Positions 7,502 to 17,361 of a stretch of 21,086 nt of DNA are shown in pieces. Made by a program: the position numbers and the translations under genes. A model generated the notes under the pieces. That model saw only the letters and a list, made by a program, of their open reading frames with translations. It did no database searches and was not told where the DNA came from. Positions within the stretch are counted from its first letter, which is position 1. Each line of letters starts with the position of its first letter. Origin of the DNA: an uncultured delta proteobacterium (GTDB lineage Bacteria; Desulfobacterota; Desulfomonilia; UBA1062); contig CAWCTR010000029.1 in NCBI GenBank assembly GCA_963798485.1, positions 1-21,086 of the forward strand, given 5' to 3'.

Positions 7502-9304
7502 TCATCGCTCCGGTTGAATCATATCGCTTAATGCAGGGGAAAGCGGCTTGCCATAGTCCTCCCTTACCTTGTTCCGCAAGACCTTTCCCACAGGGCTCAT
7601 GGGAAAGGCATGGGCAAACACTACCGACTTGGGCCGCTTGAACCCGGTCATCTTGTCTTTGCACCATGAGATGATCTCCTGCTCCGATGTTGCCCTCCCG
7701 GGTTTTAACACCACGACTGCCCGGACGATGTTGCCCCATGTTTCGTCGGGTACGCCGATAACGCATACCGAGTCGATCATTTCATGACGGGCCATGATCT
7801 CTTCCACCTCATGGGGGAAGACCTTTTCCGCGCCGGTTGAAATGCATTCTCCCTTGCGGTCCACCACGATAAGCTCGCCATCGGCGTCCACATAGCCGAG
7901 GTCACCCGAAAGGAACCATCCGTCTTTGATCACCTCGGATGTCTTTTCCGCCTCGCCGTAATAACCCTTCATGATGGTAGCGCTCTGATAGAGGATCTCG
8001 CCGGTGCTTCCTTGGGGCACATCCTCACCTTTCTCGTCGACAATTCGCATCTTGATGCCGGAAAGGGGCCGACCGACTGACTTGTTTTTGATGGTCTCCG
8101 GTGAGGTATCGATCCGCAGTGCCGTATCAGGCGTCATCTCTGTCTGGCCGAACACATCCACAACGATGGAGTTCGGGAATTTTTCGAGAATCTGTTTTTT
8201 CCGGCTGCCCGGGTTGGCCCCGGCGCCGGTCATGGCCACGAGCACCGACCTGCGGTCGTAACGGTCGATATCAGGGTAATCGAGGATCATTTTCCACTGG
8301 GTCGGCACGAGAAGCACCACCATGGGCCGCTCTTTGGCAATGGTGGTGAGCACTTCGGCAGGGTCGAAATGGATGCCTTCCCTGAGGATGAAACGGATGA
8401 GCCCGGACATGGGCCCGATGATGAGGAGCTGGTAGTTGGCCATATGGAAGAGCGGCATGTTCATGAATATGGAAAGCCCACCGGTGATCCTTCCAAGAAG
8501 CGGGCTGATCGATTTGCCTGTGGTCTTGGCGAGGAGTGCTGGTGCATTACGTGAGACGAACGAGCGGATCTTGGGAAACCCCATAAGCCTGTTAAGGGGC
8601 GCTTCGAGCCACGGTACGTGGACGAGGCTGGCGATTATCCTGCCGAAGTTCACCTTTTCATCACAGGCAAGCCTGCCGATCAGGTCGCCGAAGAGTGATT
8701 GTGCGAGGTTCCAGAAATTGGAGTAGGTGAGCACAACCCCCTTGGGCAGCCCGGTGGTGCCGCCCGTGTAGCAGATGGTGCATACGTCATCTTCTGTGGT
8801 GCATGCAGGCGGTTCTATAGGTGGGTGTGAGGCTATGGCCGCCCCATAATCGAGCATGCCCTCCGGTACCGGACGTCCATCGCGTGACAGGCAGATAGTT
8901 TGCCTAACGGTGGGGCAGTTCTTCAGGGCTTTACATGTCTCATCCAAGAACAGATCCTCAAATATAAGGAGGGTCGAATCCGAGTGCGTGAGCTGGTATT
9001 CGATCTCCCGGGCTACAAACCTGAAATTGATGGGTATCGGCACGGCCCCGAGCTTCTGGAGGGCATAGTTGGCCTCGATGAATTCCGGGCAGTCGTGGAA
9101 CAGGATAGCAGCGTGGTCCCCCTTTTTTATACCCAGGCCTTTCAGGGCGCCGGCCAGGGAGTTGACCCGCTCATTGAGCCCTTGCCAGGTGATATTTGTA
9201 TTTCCGCAGGTAACGGCGATTCCCTTTGGGTTGAATCGGGCCATGCCGGCAAGAAGTTCGCCGAAGCTTTTCCTGGCGATTGGTTTCAGTTTAAGCCATG
9301 TCAT
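7502..9304 (-). CDS. long-chain fatty-acid--CoA ligase-like AMP-binding protein
   Basis: YTGGTTGLPKGV, PLFH, FGQTE, WFLSGDLG and PVGKVLR. Confidence 0.92.
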   Translation of the reverse strand: MTWLKLKPIARKSFGELLAGMARFNPKGIAVTCGNTNITWQGLNERVNSLAGALKGLGIKKGDHAAILFHDCPEFIEANYALQKLGAVPIPINFRFVAREIEYQLTHSDSTLLIFEDLFLDETCKALKNCPTVRQTICLSRDGRPVPEGMLDYGAAIASHPPIEPPACTTEDDVCTICYTGGTTGLPKGVVLTYSNFWNLAQSLFGDLIGRLACDEKVNFGRIIASLVHVPWLEAPLNRLMGFPKIRSFVSRNAPALLAKTTGKSISPLLGRITGGLSIFMNMPLFHMANYQLLIIGPMSGLIRFILREGIHFDPAEVLTTIAKERPMVVLLVPTQWKMILDYPDIDRYDRRSVLVAMTGAGANPGSRKKQILEKFPNSIVVDVFGQTEMTPDTALRIDTSPETIKNKSVGRPLSGIKMRIVDEKGEDVPQGSTGEILYQSATIMKGYYGEAEKTSEVIKDGWFLSGDLGYVDADGELIVVDRKGECISTGAEKVFPHEVEEIMARHEMIDSVCVIGVPDETWGNIVRAVVVLKPGRATSEQEIISWCKDKMTGFKRPKSVVFAHAFPMSPVGKVLRNKVREDYGKPLSPALSDMIQPER

Positions 9305-9376
9305 GATGCCCCCTAACCATAGTAAAAAGAATCACCGGGCAAGGCACCCGAGTTAATATCGTATGATGGTTATATT

Positions 9377-9405
9377 ATAATACATAAAAAGAAGTTGGAA
9401 TTCAA
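9377..9405 (-). promoter_or_regulatory. sigma70-type promoter for the 9304 ligase
   Basis: Minus strand TTGAAT-17 bp-TATTAT, ~70 bp upstream of the start codon and downstream of a terminator. Confidence 0.55.
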
Positions 9406-9451
9406 TGACGATTAGAAGTTAGGCTTAAGGAAGTGTCCTTTTCTGATTTAT

Positions 9452-9482
9452 AAAAAAGGGCGGGCCGGATACCGGCCCGCCC
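9452..9482 (-). terminator. Rho-independent terminator
   Basis: Perfect 11-bp GC stem GGGCGGGCCGG-ata-CCGGCCCGCCC followed by T6 on the minus strand, 75 bp after the 9557 stop. Confidence 0.85.
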
Positions 9483-9556
9483 AATATATCGGAGGTTTTT
9501 CGTGATGGGGGTTTTTAGCAGTAATTGCCCACCCTTTGTTATGAAGAAAGTCGATC

Positions 9557-11200
9557 CTAGGAGTACATAGTCCTGATCAGCTTCTTGTCGATCTTGCCCA
9601 CGCTTGTCTTGGGTATCTCTTCGGTTATGATATACCTGTCCGGGATGGCATATTTGGGTATCTTGCCTTCAGATGCACAGATCTTCATGAACTCTTTGAG
9701 AACTTCCTCGCTCACACCGTCACCCCTGAACTGGGGTTTCAGGATGACCAGCAGCATGGGCCTCTCTCCCCACTTGGTATCGGGAATGCCGATGGCCGCC
9801 GCCTCCTGGACCGCAGTGTGGGTGCTGATTGCGTTCTCCAGGTCAAGTGAAGATACCCATTCACCGCCTGTCTTGATGACATCCTTAAGCCGATCTGTGA
9901 TCTGTATATACCCTTCGTCATCAAGATAACCCACATCACCCGTATGGAGCCATCCGCCGTTCCAGAGCTCCCCGGTCTTTTCCGGGTCCCTGTAATAACC
10001 GTGGGTGAACCAGGGTGCGCGCACAACGATCTCACCCGTGGCCTGCCCATCGTTCGGCAGGAAGTTACCCTGCGGGTCGGCGATCCTCACATCCACGAGC
10101 GAGATGGGTATGCCTGTCTTAATGACGATATCGCTCTTCTTCTCGTTGTCAAAGTCTTTCATGGATGGTTTGAGGTTCGATACACTGATCACCGGGCAGG
10201 TCTCAGACATGCCGTACCCCGCCATCACCTGGATACCTAAGTCGAGGGCTGCCTTGGCAAGCCCCTTGGGGAGCCTTGCCCCGCCGATGATGACCTTCCA
10301 GTATGAGAGATCGAACTTCTTGGAGATGGGGCTGTTCACCAGCATCTGGAGGATGGTAGGCACACAGTGGGAATAGGTAACCCTTTCTTCCAAGATGAGC
10401 TTGATGAGTACTTCGGGCTCATACTTGCCCGGATAGGCCTGCTTGATGCCCATCATGGTGGCGATATAGGGGAATCCCCAGGCATGGACATGGAACATGG
10501 GGGTGATGGGCATGTAGACATCCGAGGTGGAGAACCGTAGCGGTGTGTCATGGCAGCTCACTGCTATGCATACGCTCATGGAATGCAGCACGATCTGCCG
10601 GTGGGTGAAGAACACCCCTTTGGGGAGTCCTGTTGTCCCGGTTGTGTAGAAGGTGGTCGCCTTGGTGTTTTCGTCAAGGTCCGGGAAGTCGTAATCCGGG
10701 GATGCCTTGGCCAGCATCTGTTCATATTCCTCATCAAGGTGCACTTCGGTCTGCGGCATCTCGATATTGTCATTGAGGAGAACAACCTTTTTTACCGTCT
10801 TCAGCCTGTCCCTTATGGATAAGAAGAGAGGCAGGAAGTCGGCGTTGATAAGCACGACATCGGCCTGGGCATGGTTTATGGTGTACTCGATCTGGTCCGG
10901 GGAGAGACGCCAGTTCACCGTAAACAGCACGGCGCCCAGCATGGGAATTGCGAAGAAACTCTCAAGATAGCGGTGCGAGTCGTAATCAAACACGGCGACG
11001 GTATCTCCCTGCTTCACGCCGAGGCTGTTCAGAGCGCTTCCAAGCCTGTTGATCCTCTCAAAGAGGTCGCGGTAGGTGTAGCGCACCTTGTCCCGGTACA
11101 CGATCTCCTGATTTTGCGCGCTGATCTTAGGGCTTGTCAGCAGATCCTTGATAGTGAGCTGAAACCGATAATGTTGTCCGTTAAGGGATTTTACCGCCAT
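9557..11200 (-). CDS. fatty-acid--CoA ligase (AlkK/medium-chain type)
   Basis: YTTGTTGLPKGV, PMFHVHAWG, GYGMSET, WLHTGDVG, DRLKDVIKTGGEWVSS and TSVGKIDKK. AAGGAGG RBS favours ATG 11200 (MAVKS) over 11242. Confidence 0.95.
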   Translation of the reverse strand: MAVKSLNGQHYRFQLTIKDLLTSPKISAQNQEIVYRDKVRYTYRDLFERINRLGSALNSLGVKQGDTVAVFDYDSHRYLESFFAIPMLGAVLFTVNWRLSPDQIEYTINHAQADVVLINADFLPLFLSIRDRLKTVKKVVLLNDNIEMPQTEVHLDEEYEQMLAKASPDYDFPDLDENTKATTFYTTGTTGLPKGVFFTHRQIVLHSMSVCIAVSCHDTPLRFSTSDVYMPITPMFHVHAWGFPYIATMMGIKQAYPGKYEPEVLIKLILEERVTYSHCVPTILQMLVNSPISKKFDLSYWKVIIGGARLPKGLAKAALDLGIQVMAGYGMSETCPVISVSNLKPSMKDFDNEKKSDIVIKTGIPISLVDVRIADPQGNFLPNDGQATGEIVVRAPWFTHGYYRDPEKTGELWNGGWLHTGDVGYLDDEGYIQITDRLKDVIKTGGEWVSSLDLENAISTHTAVQEAAAIGIPDTKWGERPMLLVILKPQFRGDGVSEEVLKEFMKICASEGKIPKYAIPDRYIITEEIPKTSVGKIDKKLIRTMYS

Positions 11201-11448
11201 ACTGACCTCCTTAGAGTCATTGTAGTAACTATGGTGAATCATCGGTCAAAACAGGTTTCACAACAATCAGTTGCAGACTGTTTCTTATGTGCATGAAGGG
11301 AGGAAAGATCGGTAGGGAGATGACCTACAGTACTTCTCAATTTTAGATTACCATGCTCAACGGCTACCGAGATAATGGTAATGTTGACAAACGCTCAGAA
11401 AATGTCACACTGGAAAAACACATGTCATAGATTCAAAAGGAAGGGGCC

Positions 11449-12471
11449 ATGGACATACGCTTTGAGAGATCGGATGGGACACAACCTGGGACCATTTCAG
11501 CTTTGCGCTCAATCATTGAGACGCTTGATCCTCCCTTCTCCCGGGGTAGCTCTGTCGGTATAAAGCTCCACTGGGGGGAACTAGGCAATAACAGCTACCT
11601 GGACCCGGCCTATGCCCGGGAGGTTGTGCGCTGGCTTTTATCAAAGGGAAGCAAACCCTTTATTTTCGATACCTCGGTGCTCTATTCAGGGAGCAGGCGT
11701 ACCGGCAAGGACTCCCTGGAGACGGCTAAACAGCATGGTTATACCGAGGAGTTCTTCGGCTGCCCTGTAGTAATCGCAGATGGTATGGACGGCCGCGACG
11801 TCATCGATATCCCGGCCGGTTATAAGCACTTCAAGACCGCCCAGGTGACTGCCCTTGTTGAAAAGACTGACGGGTTTTTCATCTTTTCCCATTTTAAAGC
11901 GCATCTCGCTTCCGGCTTTGGCGGCGCCATCAAGAACATCTCCATGGGGTTCGCGTCCCGTGCCCAGAAGCAGCGCATGCATGCGGATGTGAAGCCCATA
12001 CTCAGCCGGAAAAAGTGTACCAGGTGCGGGATCTGTACCGAGGTTTGTCCCACGGGTGCGGCCGGTATAATTGACGGTGAGTACCCGACCTATGACCTGG
12101 ATACCTGTATCGGGTGCGCCCAGTGCATAGCACAGTGTCCGGAAGTGGCCCTGCGGATCCTGTGGAGTGGGGATCACGACGCATTCCAGGAAAAGCTCAT
12201 AGAGACAGCTGCCGCTGTATGGCGGATCATCGGCAATAAGACCGTGCTCATCAACGCGCTTATCAAGATCACTGCCGAATGCGACTGTCTCCCCGGAAAG
12301 GCCGACATCATTGCAGGCGACATCGGGTTCCTGGCCGGCAGCCATCCGGTGGACCTCGACAATGAATCCGTATCCAGGGTCGGGGCTGATATTATTACCA
12401 AGGCCCATTCATACCTGACATGGCAGAGGCAGTTCTCCTATGCACGGGAGATAGGGTTTAATGGAAAATGA
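11449..12471 (+). CDS. DUF362 domain Fe-S protein with 2x[4Fe-4S] ferredoxin insert
   Basis: IKLHWGE.GN, T.VLY.G.R, SHFKAH..SGFGGAIKNISMG, CTRCGICTEVCP, CIGCAQCIAQCP and ECDC. Confidence 0.9.
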   Translation: MDIRFERSDGTQPGTISALRSIIETLDPPFSRGSSVGIKLHWGELGNNSYLDPAYAREVVRWLLSKGSKPFIFDTSVLYSGSRRTGKDSLETAKQHGYTEEFFGCPVVIADGMDGRDVIDIPAGYKHFKTAQVTALVEKTDGFFIFSHFKAHLASGFGGAIKNISMGFASRAQKQRMHADVKPILSRKKCTRCGICTEVCPTGAAGIIDGEYPTYDLDTCIGCAQCIAQCPEVALRILWSGDHDAFQEKLIETAAAVWRIIGNKTVLINALIKITAECDCLPGKADIIAGDIGFLAGSHPVDLDNESVSRVGADIITKAHSYLTWQRQFSYAREIGFNGK

Positions 12472-12501
12472 TATGCAGCAGGCAGTGCAAAGGTGATGAC
12501 C

Positions 12502-13050
12502 CTACTGCTGCCTAAAGTCCAGGTTTTCTAGCCGTAACAGGGTCCATTCACCTGCTATCAATTCGTAATACAACCGAAGCCTGCCCGCATAGCTTGAAAC
12601 CGTATCCACATGGGCAACGACCTGGGCCTTATTGCCTTTCACCTTGGTATCAAGGATCTTTATTTCCTGGATATTTGTCCCATCGAACCGTATTCCCATG
12701 GGGACAGGAACAAAGGCGTCATAAGACGGCGTCCCGGGTGACGCGGAAGATGATGTCGTGCTGGTTCCGGAGCGGTTGCCCGTATTGGTTTTGACTTTTA
12801 TCGTAGACTCAGGGCCGATGCTCCTGCCCATAAGGTCCTGTTCAATCTTTTCCGGGGTGAAGACAGTGCTTTTCTTATTGGCATAAGACTCTGCTTTCGC
12901 ACAGATGGTTTTGATCTGGGCCTCAGACAACCCCTCGTCCTTCATCGCCTTAATGATGGCCTCCGGGCATTGAGTAGCCGCTGCATTGGTAATGAACAGT
13001 GTAATGAAAAAAACCGAGAGCGGAATAGCCAAAAGGATCAGTCTTTTCAT
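12502..13050 (-). CDS. secreted hypothetical protein
   Basis: 182-aa ORF with signal peptide, a Cys pair and a Ser/Thr-rich linker; AGGAG RBS. Confidence 0.8.
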   Translation of the reverse strand: MKRLILLAIPLSVFFITLFITNAAATQCPEAIIKAMKDEGLSEAQIKTICAKAESYANKKSTVFTPEKIEQDLMGRSIGPESTIKVKTNTGNRSGTSTTSSSASPGTPSYDAFVPVPMGIRFDGTNIQEIKILDTKVKGNKAQVVAHVDTVSSYAGRLRLYYELIAGEWTLLRLENLDFRQQ

Positions 13051-13077
13051 GCGGCTCCTATTCTATCTTACAAAAGT

Positions 13078-13905
13078 CTAATTGAATAAGGTTATATACC
13101 GGAATATTACCCAGAAGTGGGCAGTGCTTCCTAACATAACAAAAAGGTGGAAGAGCTCATGATATCCGAAGAGCGGAGGTTTCTCGTCCGCTTTTTCCAA
13201 GGCATAGAAGACTGCGCCTATCGTGTATGAGAGGCCTCCTGCAGCGAGCCAGAAGATGGCCCATGGCTGAAGTATCCTGAAGATATGGCCGGTCCCGACG
13301 ATTGAGAAAAAGCCTGCAAATAGGTAGATTGAAAGGCAAAGTCTTTTAGGGACATGGATCCAATATAATTTGAATACCGTACCCAAAGCGGCTATTACCC
13401 AGATGCACAAAAATACGCTCCAGCCGAACGCACCCCTGAACGGTATGAGACAGAATGGGGTGTAGGTCGCGGCTATGAATACAAATATCATGATATGGTC
13501 GAGTTTTCTGAGCTGCACGATCCTTCTTTCAGAAACAGGAAGCCAGTGAAAGAGGGTACTCGCCGTAAAGAGAAGGATCATGGATATACCGAAGACAGAA
13601 AATGTTGCAAGATGCCACGGACGGACGGGATGTGTCGTTTCCGAGACGAGCAAGGCAAGGCCGTACAACGCGAGCAATGCTCCAAGGCAATGGGTCAGGC
13701 CGCTTATCGGCTCTCTGAGTTTGGTTTTTTCCTGAAGGTGCATGACTGCGTCATTAAGAGAGGTAAAGGGATGGTGAAAGCGACCGGCCTTTGCTTCAAC
13801 ATCGATTACCCGCGAGGGTCGGATGGCAGTGCCGGGGTAGGGGAGAACCGCTTCAGTTGCTGTAGGGATGTCGCCCCATGATGAATCTTTTCGTAATGAT
13901 GCCAT
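13078..13905 (-). CDS. hemolysin III family (PAQR/TrhA-like) membrane protein
   Basis: REP.SGLTH, STLFH, RKLDH.MIF..IAATYTP, GG.SYT.GAVFY and HELFHLFV..G...H; about 7 hydrophobic segments. Confidence 0.93.
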   Translation of the reverse strand: MASLRKDSSWGDIPTATEAVLPYPGTAIRPSRVIDVEAKAGRFHHPFTSLNDAVMHLQEKTKLREPISGLTHCLGALLALYGLALLVSETTHPVRPWHLATFSVFGISMILLFTASTLFHWLPVSERRIVQLRKLDHIMIFVFIAATYTPFCLIPFRGAFGWSVFLCIWVIAALGTVFKLYWIHVPKRLCLSIYLFAGFFSIVGTGHIFRILQPWAIFWLAAGGLSYTIGAVFYALEKADEKPPLFGYHELFHLFVMLGSTAHFWVIFRYITLFN

Positions 13906-14191
13906 ACACTCTCCAAGTTCAGCAAAGCTTCAATAAATATATGAGAGGTATATTCATCCTGCGTGCCATGGAATGGCTATTGATGGAAAAATGCTAATGT
14001 AGCTTAATCATTATAGATAAATATAGCTATGCTACCGGGCCGGGGTGAATAAACGGGGCAAGAGGAAATATATTGCCTATTTGTGGTAAATTAATCCATA
14101 TTATATTAAATTATAGACGAGCACTCTGTAATTACCCCTCTTGACCTTTGCTCTGATCAAGATGAGGTCTTCGTGCAAGAAAGAGAACTTC

Positions 14192-14650
14192 TCATGGTTC
14201 AGCAATATTCTTCACAGGCTTGTCCTGAATGAAGGTATCGATCAGTCTTGCCGTGATATCCGGATACTCCTCCTGCGGCATATGGCCGCACTTCGGGATG
14301 ATCACAAGGGTTGAATCTCGAAGTTCCTTGTTGAATCTGTAGGCGCTGCTCAAGGGTATCCATCCGTCATCTTGACCCCAGATGATCATGGACTTGATTT
14401 TTATCTCAGGTATCCGATTGACATACTTCTCGAATCTGTAGAAATCCAAAGACCTCACGACAGCGATTTGAGCATCCAGAGCATTTGTTGTTCGCAATCT
14501 GTTGTAATACGCTTCCACCTGATCCTTTGTAATCCAGTCTCCATGATAATAGACTTCGGATAAGGTCTGCCGGATCATCCAACGGCTGAAGAACAGTTTA
14601 GTAATTTGTGCAGACAACGGCATGCTGGCCATTTTCATTATAAATGGAAA
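14192..14650 (-). pseudogene. C-terminal half of an alpha/beta-fold hydrolase (5'-truncated)
   Basis: IIWGQDDGWIP (acid) and CGHMPQEE (His) motifs are present, but there is no GxSxG elbow. The open frame begins at 14650 directly after a TAA, and the next gene ends only ~110 bp upstream. Confidence 0.75.
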
Positions 14651-14762
14651 TTAAGTGCTTTTATGAGTCATACCGTTCTTTCCGGGCTTCCGTTGATACC
14701 CATGATCGTCATGCTTCCCTGGTCTCCCTTAGAGTTGTCGAACACTCGCGGTGGACGATTTC

Positions 14763-15563
14763 TCAAAGGACATACGCCTCGACCTCCAAGCGGACCATTT
14801 TGACGTGTATATGGCTGAGGGCATCAATCGGATTTGCCGCCGAATAAGCTTCGATCACTTCTGCAAGAAAGGCATCTCGCAGTCCGACCGGCAGACGGTC
14901 CGTAAAGGGGAACCAAGTTGTCCGCAGCCAGCCCTTAAACCCGTCCGCTCCATGATGCTGCATATCTTTCGGCATGAGCTCAACACGTACCGGGCGGAAT
15001 CCGCTTTCCAACAGCCACGCTTCATATTCTTCCGGTCCACAAAAATGGTAGGGCGGAGTGAAGCCTTCATAGTATTGCCGCCACCGGGGGTGCCGTAAAA
15101 CCTTTTCAAGGGCTTCGAAAACCTCAGGTGCGTTCCCACGGCCGCCCATCTGAAACAGAATCTTGCCGCCTGACTTGAGGCAGGCATGCACGCCTCGAAG
15201 AATCGCACTGTGGTCTTTCACCCAATGAAGGGCGGCGTTTGAGAATGCGACATCGAATCTCCCAGAAAGGCGAATGCTTGTTGCGTCCATATGCAAGAAA
15301 GACAGGTTGGGATATTTTGCTGAAGGAAACTGCTCTGAGGCAAGCCGGATCATGTCTTCAGATAGATCAATGCCCAACACGTTTCCGTTTTTGGCAGCCA
15401 GCGCAAGAAGGGCGCTGATCTTCCCATCTCCGCATCCGATATCGAGCACGGATTCACCACCCTGCAAGGTGAGTTTTGAAATAAGCTCCTGCGCCCACTG
15501 TAGCTGTGCCGAAGAATTTTTTGCGTAATCCACGGCATTCCATTTCTGTTGAACCGGTTGCAT
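14763..15563 (-). CDS. class I SAM-dependent methyltransferase (trans-aconitate methyltransferase-like)
   Basis: W.A.DY..NS..Q..W, VLDIGCGDG, GIDLS..MI, FDVAFSNAALHW and LKSGG. Confidence 0.92.
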   Translation of the reverse strand: MQPVQQKWNAVDYAKNSSAQLQWAQELISKLTLQGGESVLDIGCGDGKISALLALAAKNGNVLGIDLSEDMIRLASEQFPSAKYPNLSFLHMDATSIRLSGRFDVAFSNAALHWVKDHSAILRGVHACLKSGGKILFQMGGRGNAPEVFEALEKVLRHPRWRQYYEGFTPPYHFCGPEEYEAWLLESGFRPVRVELMPKDMQHHGADGFKGWLRTTWFPFTDRLPVGLRDAFLAEVIEAYSAANPIDALSHIHVKMVRLEVEAYVL

Positions 15564-15794
15564 AGGGTCCGTTCCCTCTAATGGTTAAAATCACACGAGC
15601 CGTCCTCGATGTCGGCTTGATTACTACGTATACTATACGTGTAGCTATTCGATCTGTCAATGTGCCCGGCTGGTTATTAGGGTTTGGACAGTAATGTATT
15701 TTCTGGGGGCCGACGCCACGCATTAGCGGAGTGCAATTTTTACTGATCATACTGCTTATCGCATAAGGCATATGAATGGTGTATACTGGCACAA

Positions 15795-16229
15795 ATGACC
15801 AAGCCGGAGCATGCATTAGAATTATTCTCCTCCAAATACTCCTGCGCCCAGGCAGTACTGATGTCCTTTGCCGGGGATTTCGGCATGGACCGGCTCACGG
15901 CATCAAAGGTTGCCTGCGCATTCGGCGGAGGGATCTCTCACCTGGGGCTCACCTGCGGGGCCGTTTCCGGGGCTCTTATTGCCATCGGGCTTAAACATGG
16001 CGGCGGCCCTGAGATGAAGGAAAGGACCTATGAGATCGTCAATGAGTTCGTCGAACGCTTCACCAGGCTCCACGGCTCCATCAACTGCACCGAGCTCATA
16101 GGGTACGACCTGGGCAAGCCTGAGCAACTGGCCGAGGCAAGAGAAAAGGCCATCTTTGCCGTCCGATGCGTCAAATATGTGGAAGATGCAGTAAAGATAC
16201 TCGAAGAGATGTTCCGACCCATAGGCTGA
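15795..16229 (+). CDS. C_GCAxxG_C_C family putative redox protein
   Basis: YSCAQAV, FGGG, TCGAVSG, SINCTEL and RC spacing match the family. Confidence 0.88.
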   Translation: MTKPEHALELFSSKYSCAQAVLMSFAGDFGMDRLTASKVACAFGGGISHLGLTCGAVSGALIAIGLKHGGGPEMKERTYEIVNEFVERFTRLHGSINCTELIGYDLGKPEQLAEAREKAIFAVRCVKYVEDAVKILEEMFRPIG

Positions 16230-16387
16230 AAAGGTACGCCCGATGCCACTGTTTATACAGTGTTTTTCTTCGCAGCCTCCAGGGTGATGTAGGCAACCTC
16301 AGTAAAATAAATTTCTCTTGAAACTTGAAAACCAAAGGTATATGTGGGCGCCAGCTTGATACAAGCCCTTACACGAAGGAGAAGTTG

Positions 16388-16453
16388 ATGAGAAAGTTAT
16401 TTGCATTCGGTATACTGGTATACGCCCTCTTGGTCTTTATCTCATGGACCTAG
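16388..16453 (+). CDS. putative 21-aa single-helix membrane peptide
   Basis: AAGGAG (16376-16381), 6 nt, then ATG: MRKLFAFGILVYALLVFISWT*. Confidence 0.45.
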   Translation: MRKLFAFGILVYALLVFISWT

Positions 16454-16544
16454 CCGAACAAGTCCTGTCCTATATGACAACCCGCGTATTGCCCATTATC
16501 CAAGCCATATGAGTATTCCTTGAATCAAAGGCATGTGCTGAATC

Positions 16545-17183
16545 ATGAAGGATTATGAGAAGAAGGACTTTGATAAGGAGGCTGCATCCTGGGACCAGGA
16601 AGCGGGGCGGATCAAGCTTGCAAACGATGTCGCTGAAGCCATATCTGATGAGATCAGTTTGACTCCCACAATGGATGTCCTGGACTTCGGCTGTGGCACA
16701 GGCCTGCTGACCTTGCAGCTGCAGCCGTACGTCCGATCCATAACAGGCGTTGACAATTCTCAAGGGATGCTCGACATCCTTTGGGTAAAGATACAGACCC
16801 GGAACCTGTCAAAGGTAACAATCCAATACAAAGACCTTGACAAGGGAGATGTACTTGAAGGCCGGTACCATCTGATCGTCAGCAGCATGACCTTCCATCA
16901 TATCAGGGAAATCAGCCCTCTCCTCAATCAGTTCTCAAAGGTTTTAGTCCCTCAGGGGTATCTCTGCATCGCTGACCTTGACCCTGATGACGGCAGGTTC
17001 CACGGCACTAATGAAGGCGTATTTCATTATGGGTTCGACAGGTCGATCCTCAGACATGCTTTCATTGAAGCCGGATTTGACGACATCAGGGATCGGACGG
17101 CGGCATCGGTGGAGAAGCCTGTCTCTGACGGAGGGACGCAACAGTTCACGGTTTTTCTCATGACCGGCAGGAAGTCCACCTAA
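16545..17183 (+). CDS. class I SAM-dependent methyltransferase
   Basis: FD..A.SWD, VLDFGCGTGLL, GVDNSQGML, LIVSSMTFHH, IADL..DDG.FH and H.GF. Confidence 0.92.
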   Translation: MKDYEKKDFDKEAASWDQEAGRIKLANDVAEAISDEISLTPTMDVLDFGCGTGLLTLQLQPYVRSITGVDNSQGMLDILWVKIQTRNLSKVTIQYKDLDKGDVLEGRYHLIVSSMTFHHIREISPLLNQFSKVLVPQGYLCIADLDPDDGRFHGTNEGVFHYGFDRSILRHAFIEAGFDDIRDRTAASVEKPVSDGGTQQFTVFLMTGRKST

Positions 17184-17302
17184 TGATATTCAGTCTGTAA
17201 CATTACCGAATCGAGCCCCCATATAAAGAGCAGTCCTTCAGTTGAAGGATGAATTGATAAAGAACGAAATATCTGCTTCCCTCATATGTTCTGCCTTTTC
17301 AC

Positions 17303-17351
17303 TTGACAGGGAAAAGATTATGACTCATTATTGGCATATGCCAATAATGAG
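17303..17351 (+). promoter_or_regulatory. sigma70 promoter overlapped by a perfect 28-bp palindromic operator
   Basis: TTGACA (17303-17308)-17 bp-CATTAT (17326-17331). Palindrome CTCATTATTGGCAT|ATGCCAATAATGAG at 17324-17351. Confidence 0.8.
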
Positions 17352-17361
17352 GATCAGATAA

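Noticed and set aside
5658-7517. Long antisense ORFs (311 aa, 245 aa) and similar shadows such as 11686..12408 and 18400..18924
   Set aside because: They lie opposite well-supported genes; typical reverse-frame shadows of GC3-rich coding sequence.
13952-13968. Sigma54-like -24 element TGGCACG upstream of the hemolysin III gene
   Set aside because: The -12 element reads ATGA instead of TTGC; too weak to call.
15708-15770. attC-like left half (GGCCGAC GCCACGCATTAGCGGAGTGCAATTTTT)
   Set aside because: The core deviates from RYYYAAC, there is no complementary right arm or GTTRRRY, and no integrase or second site is in the window.
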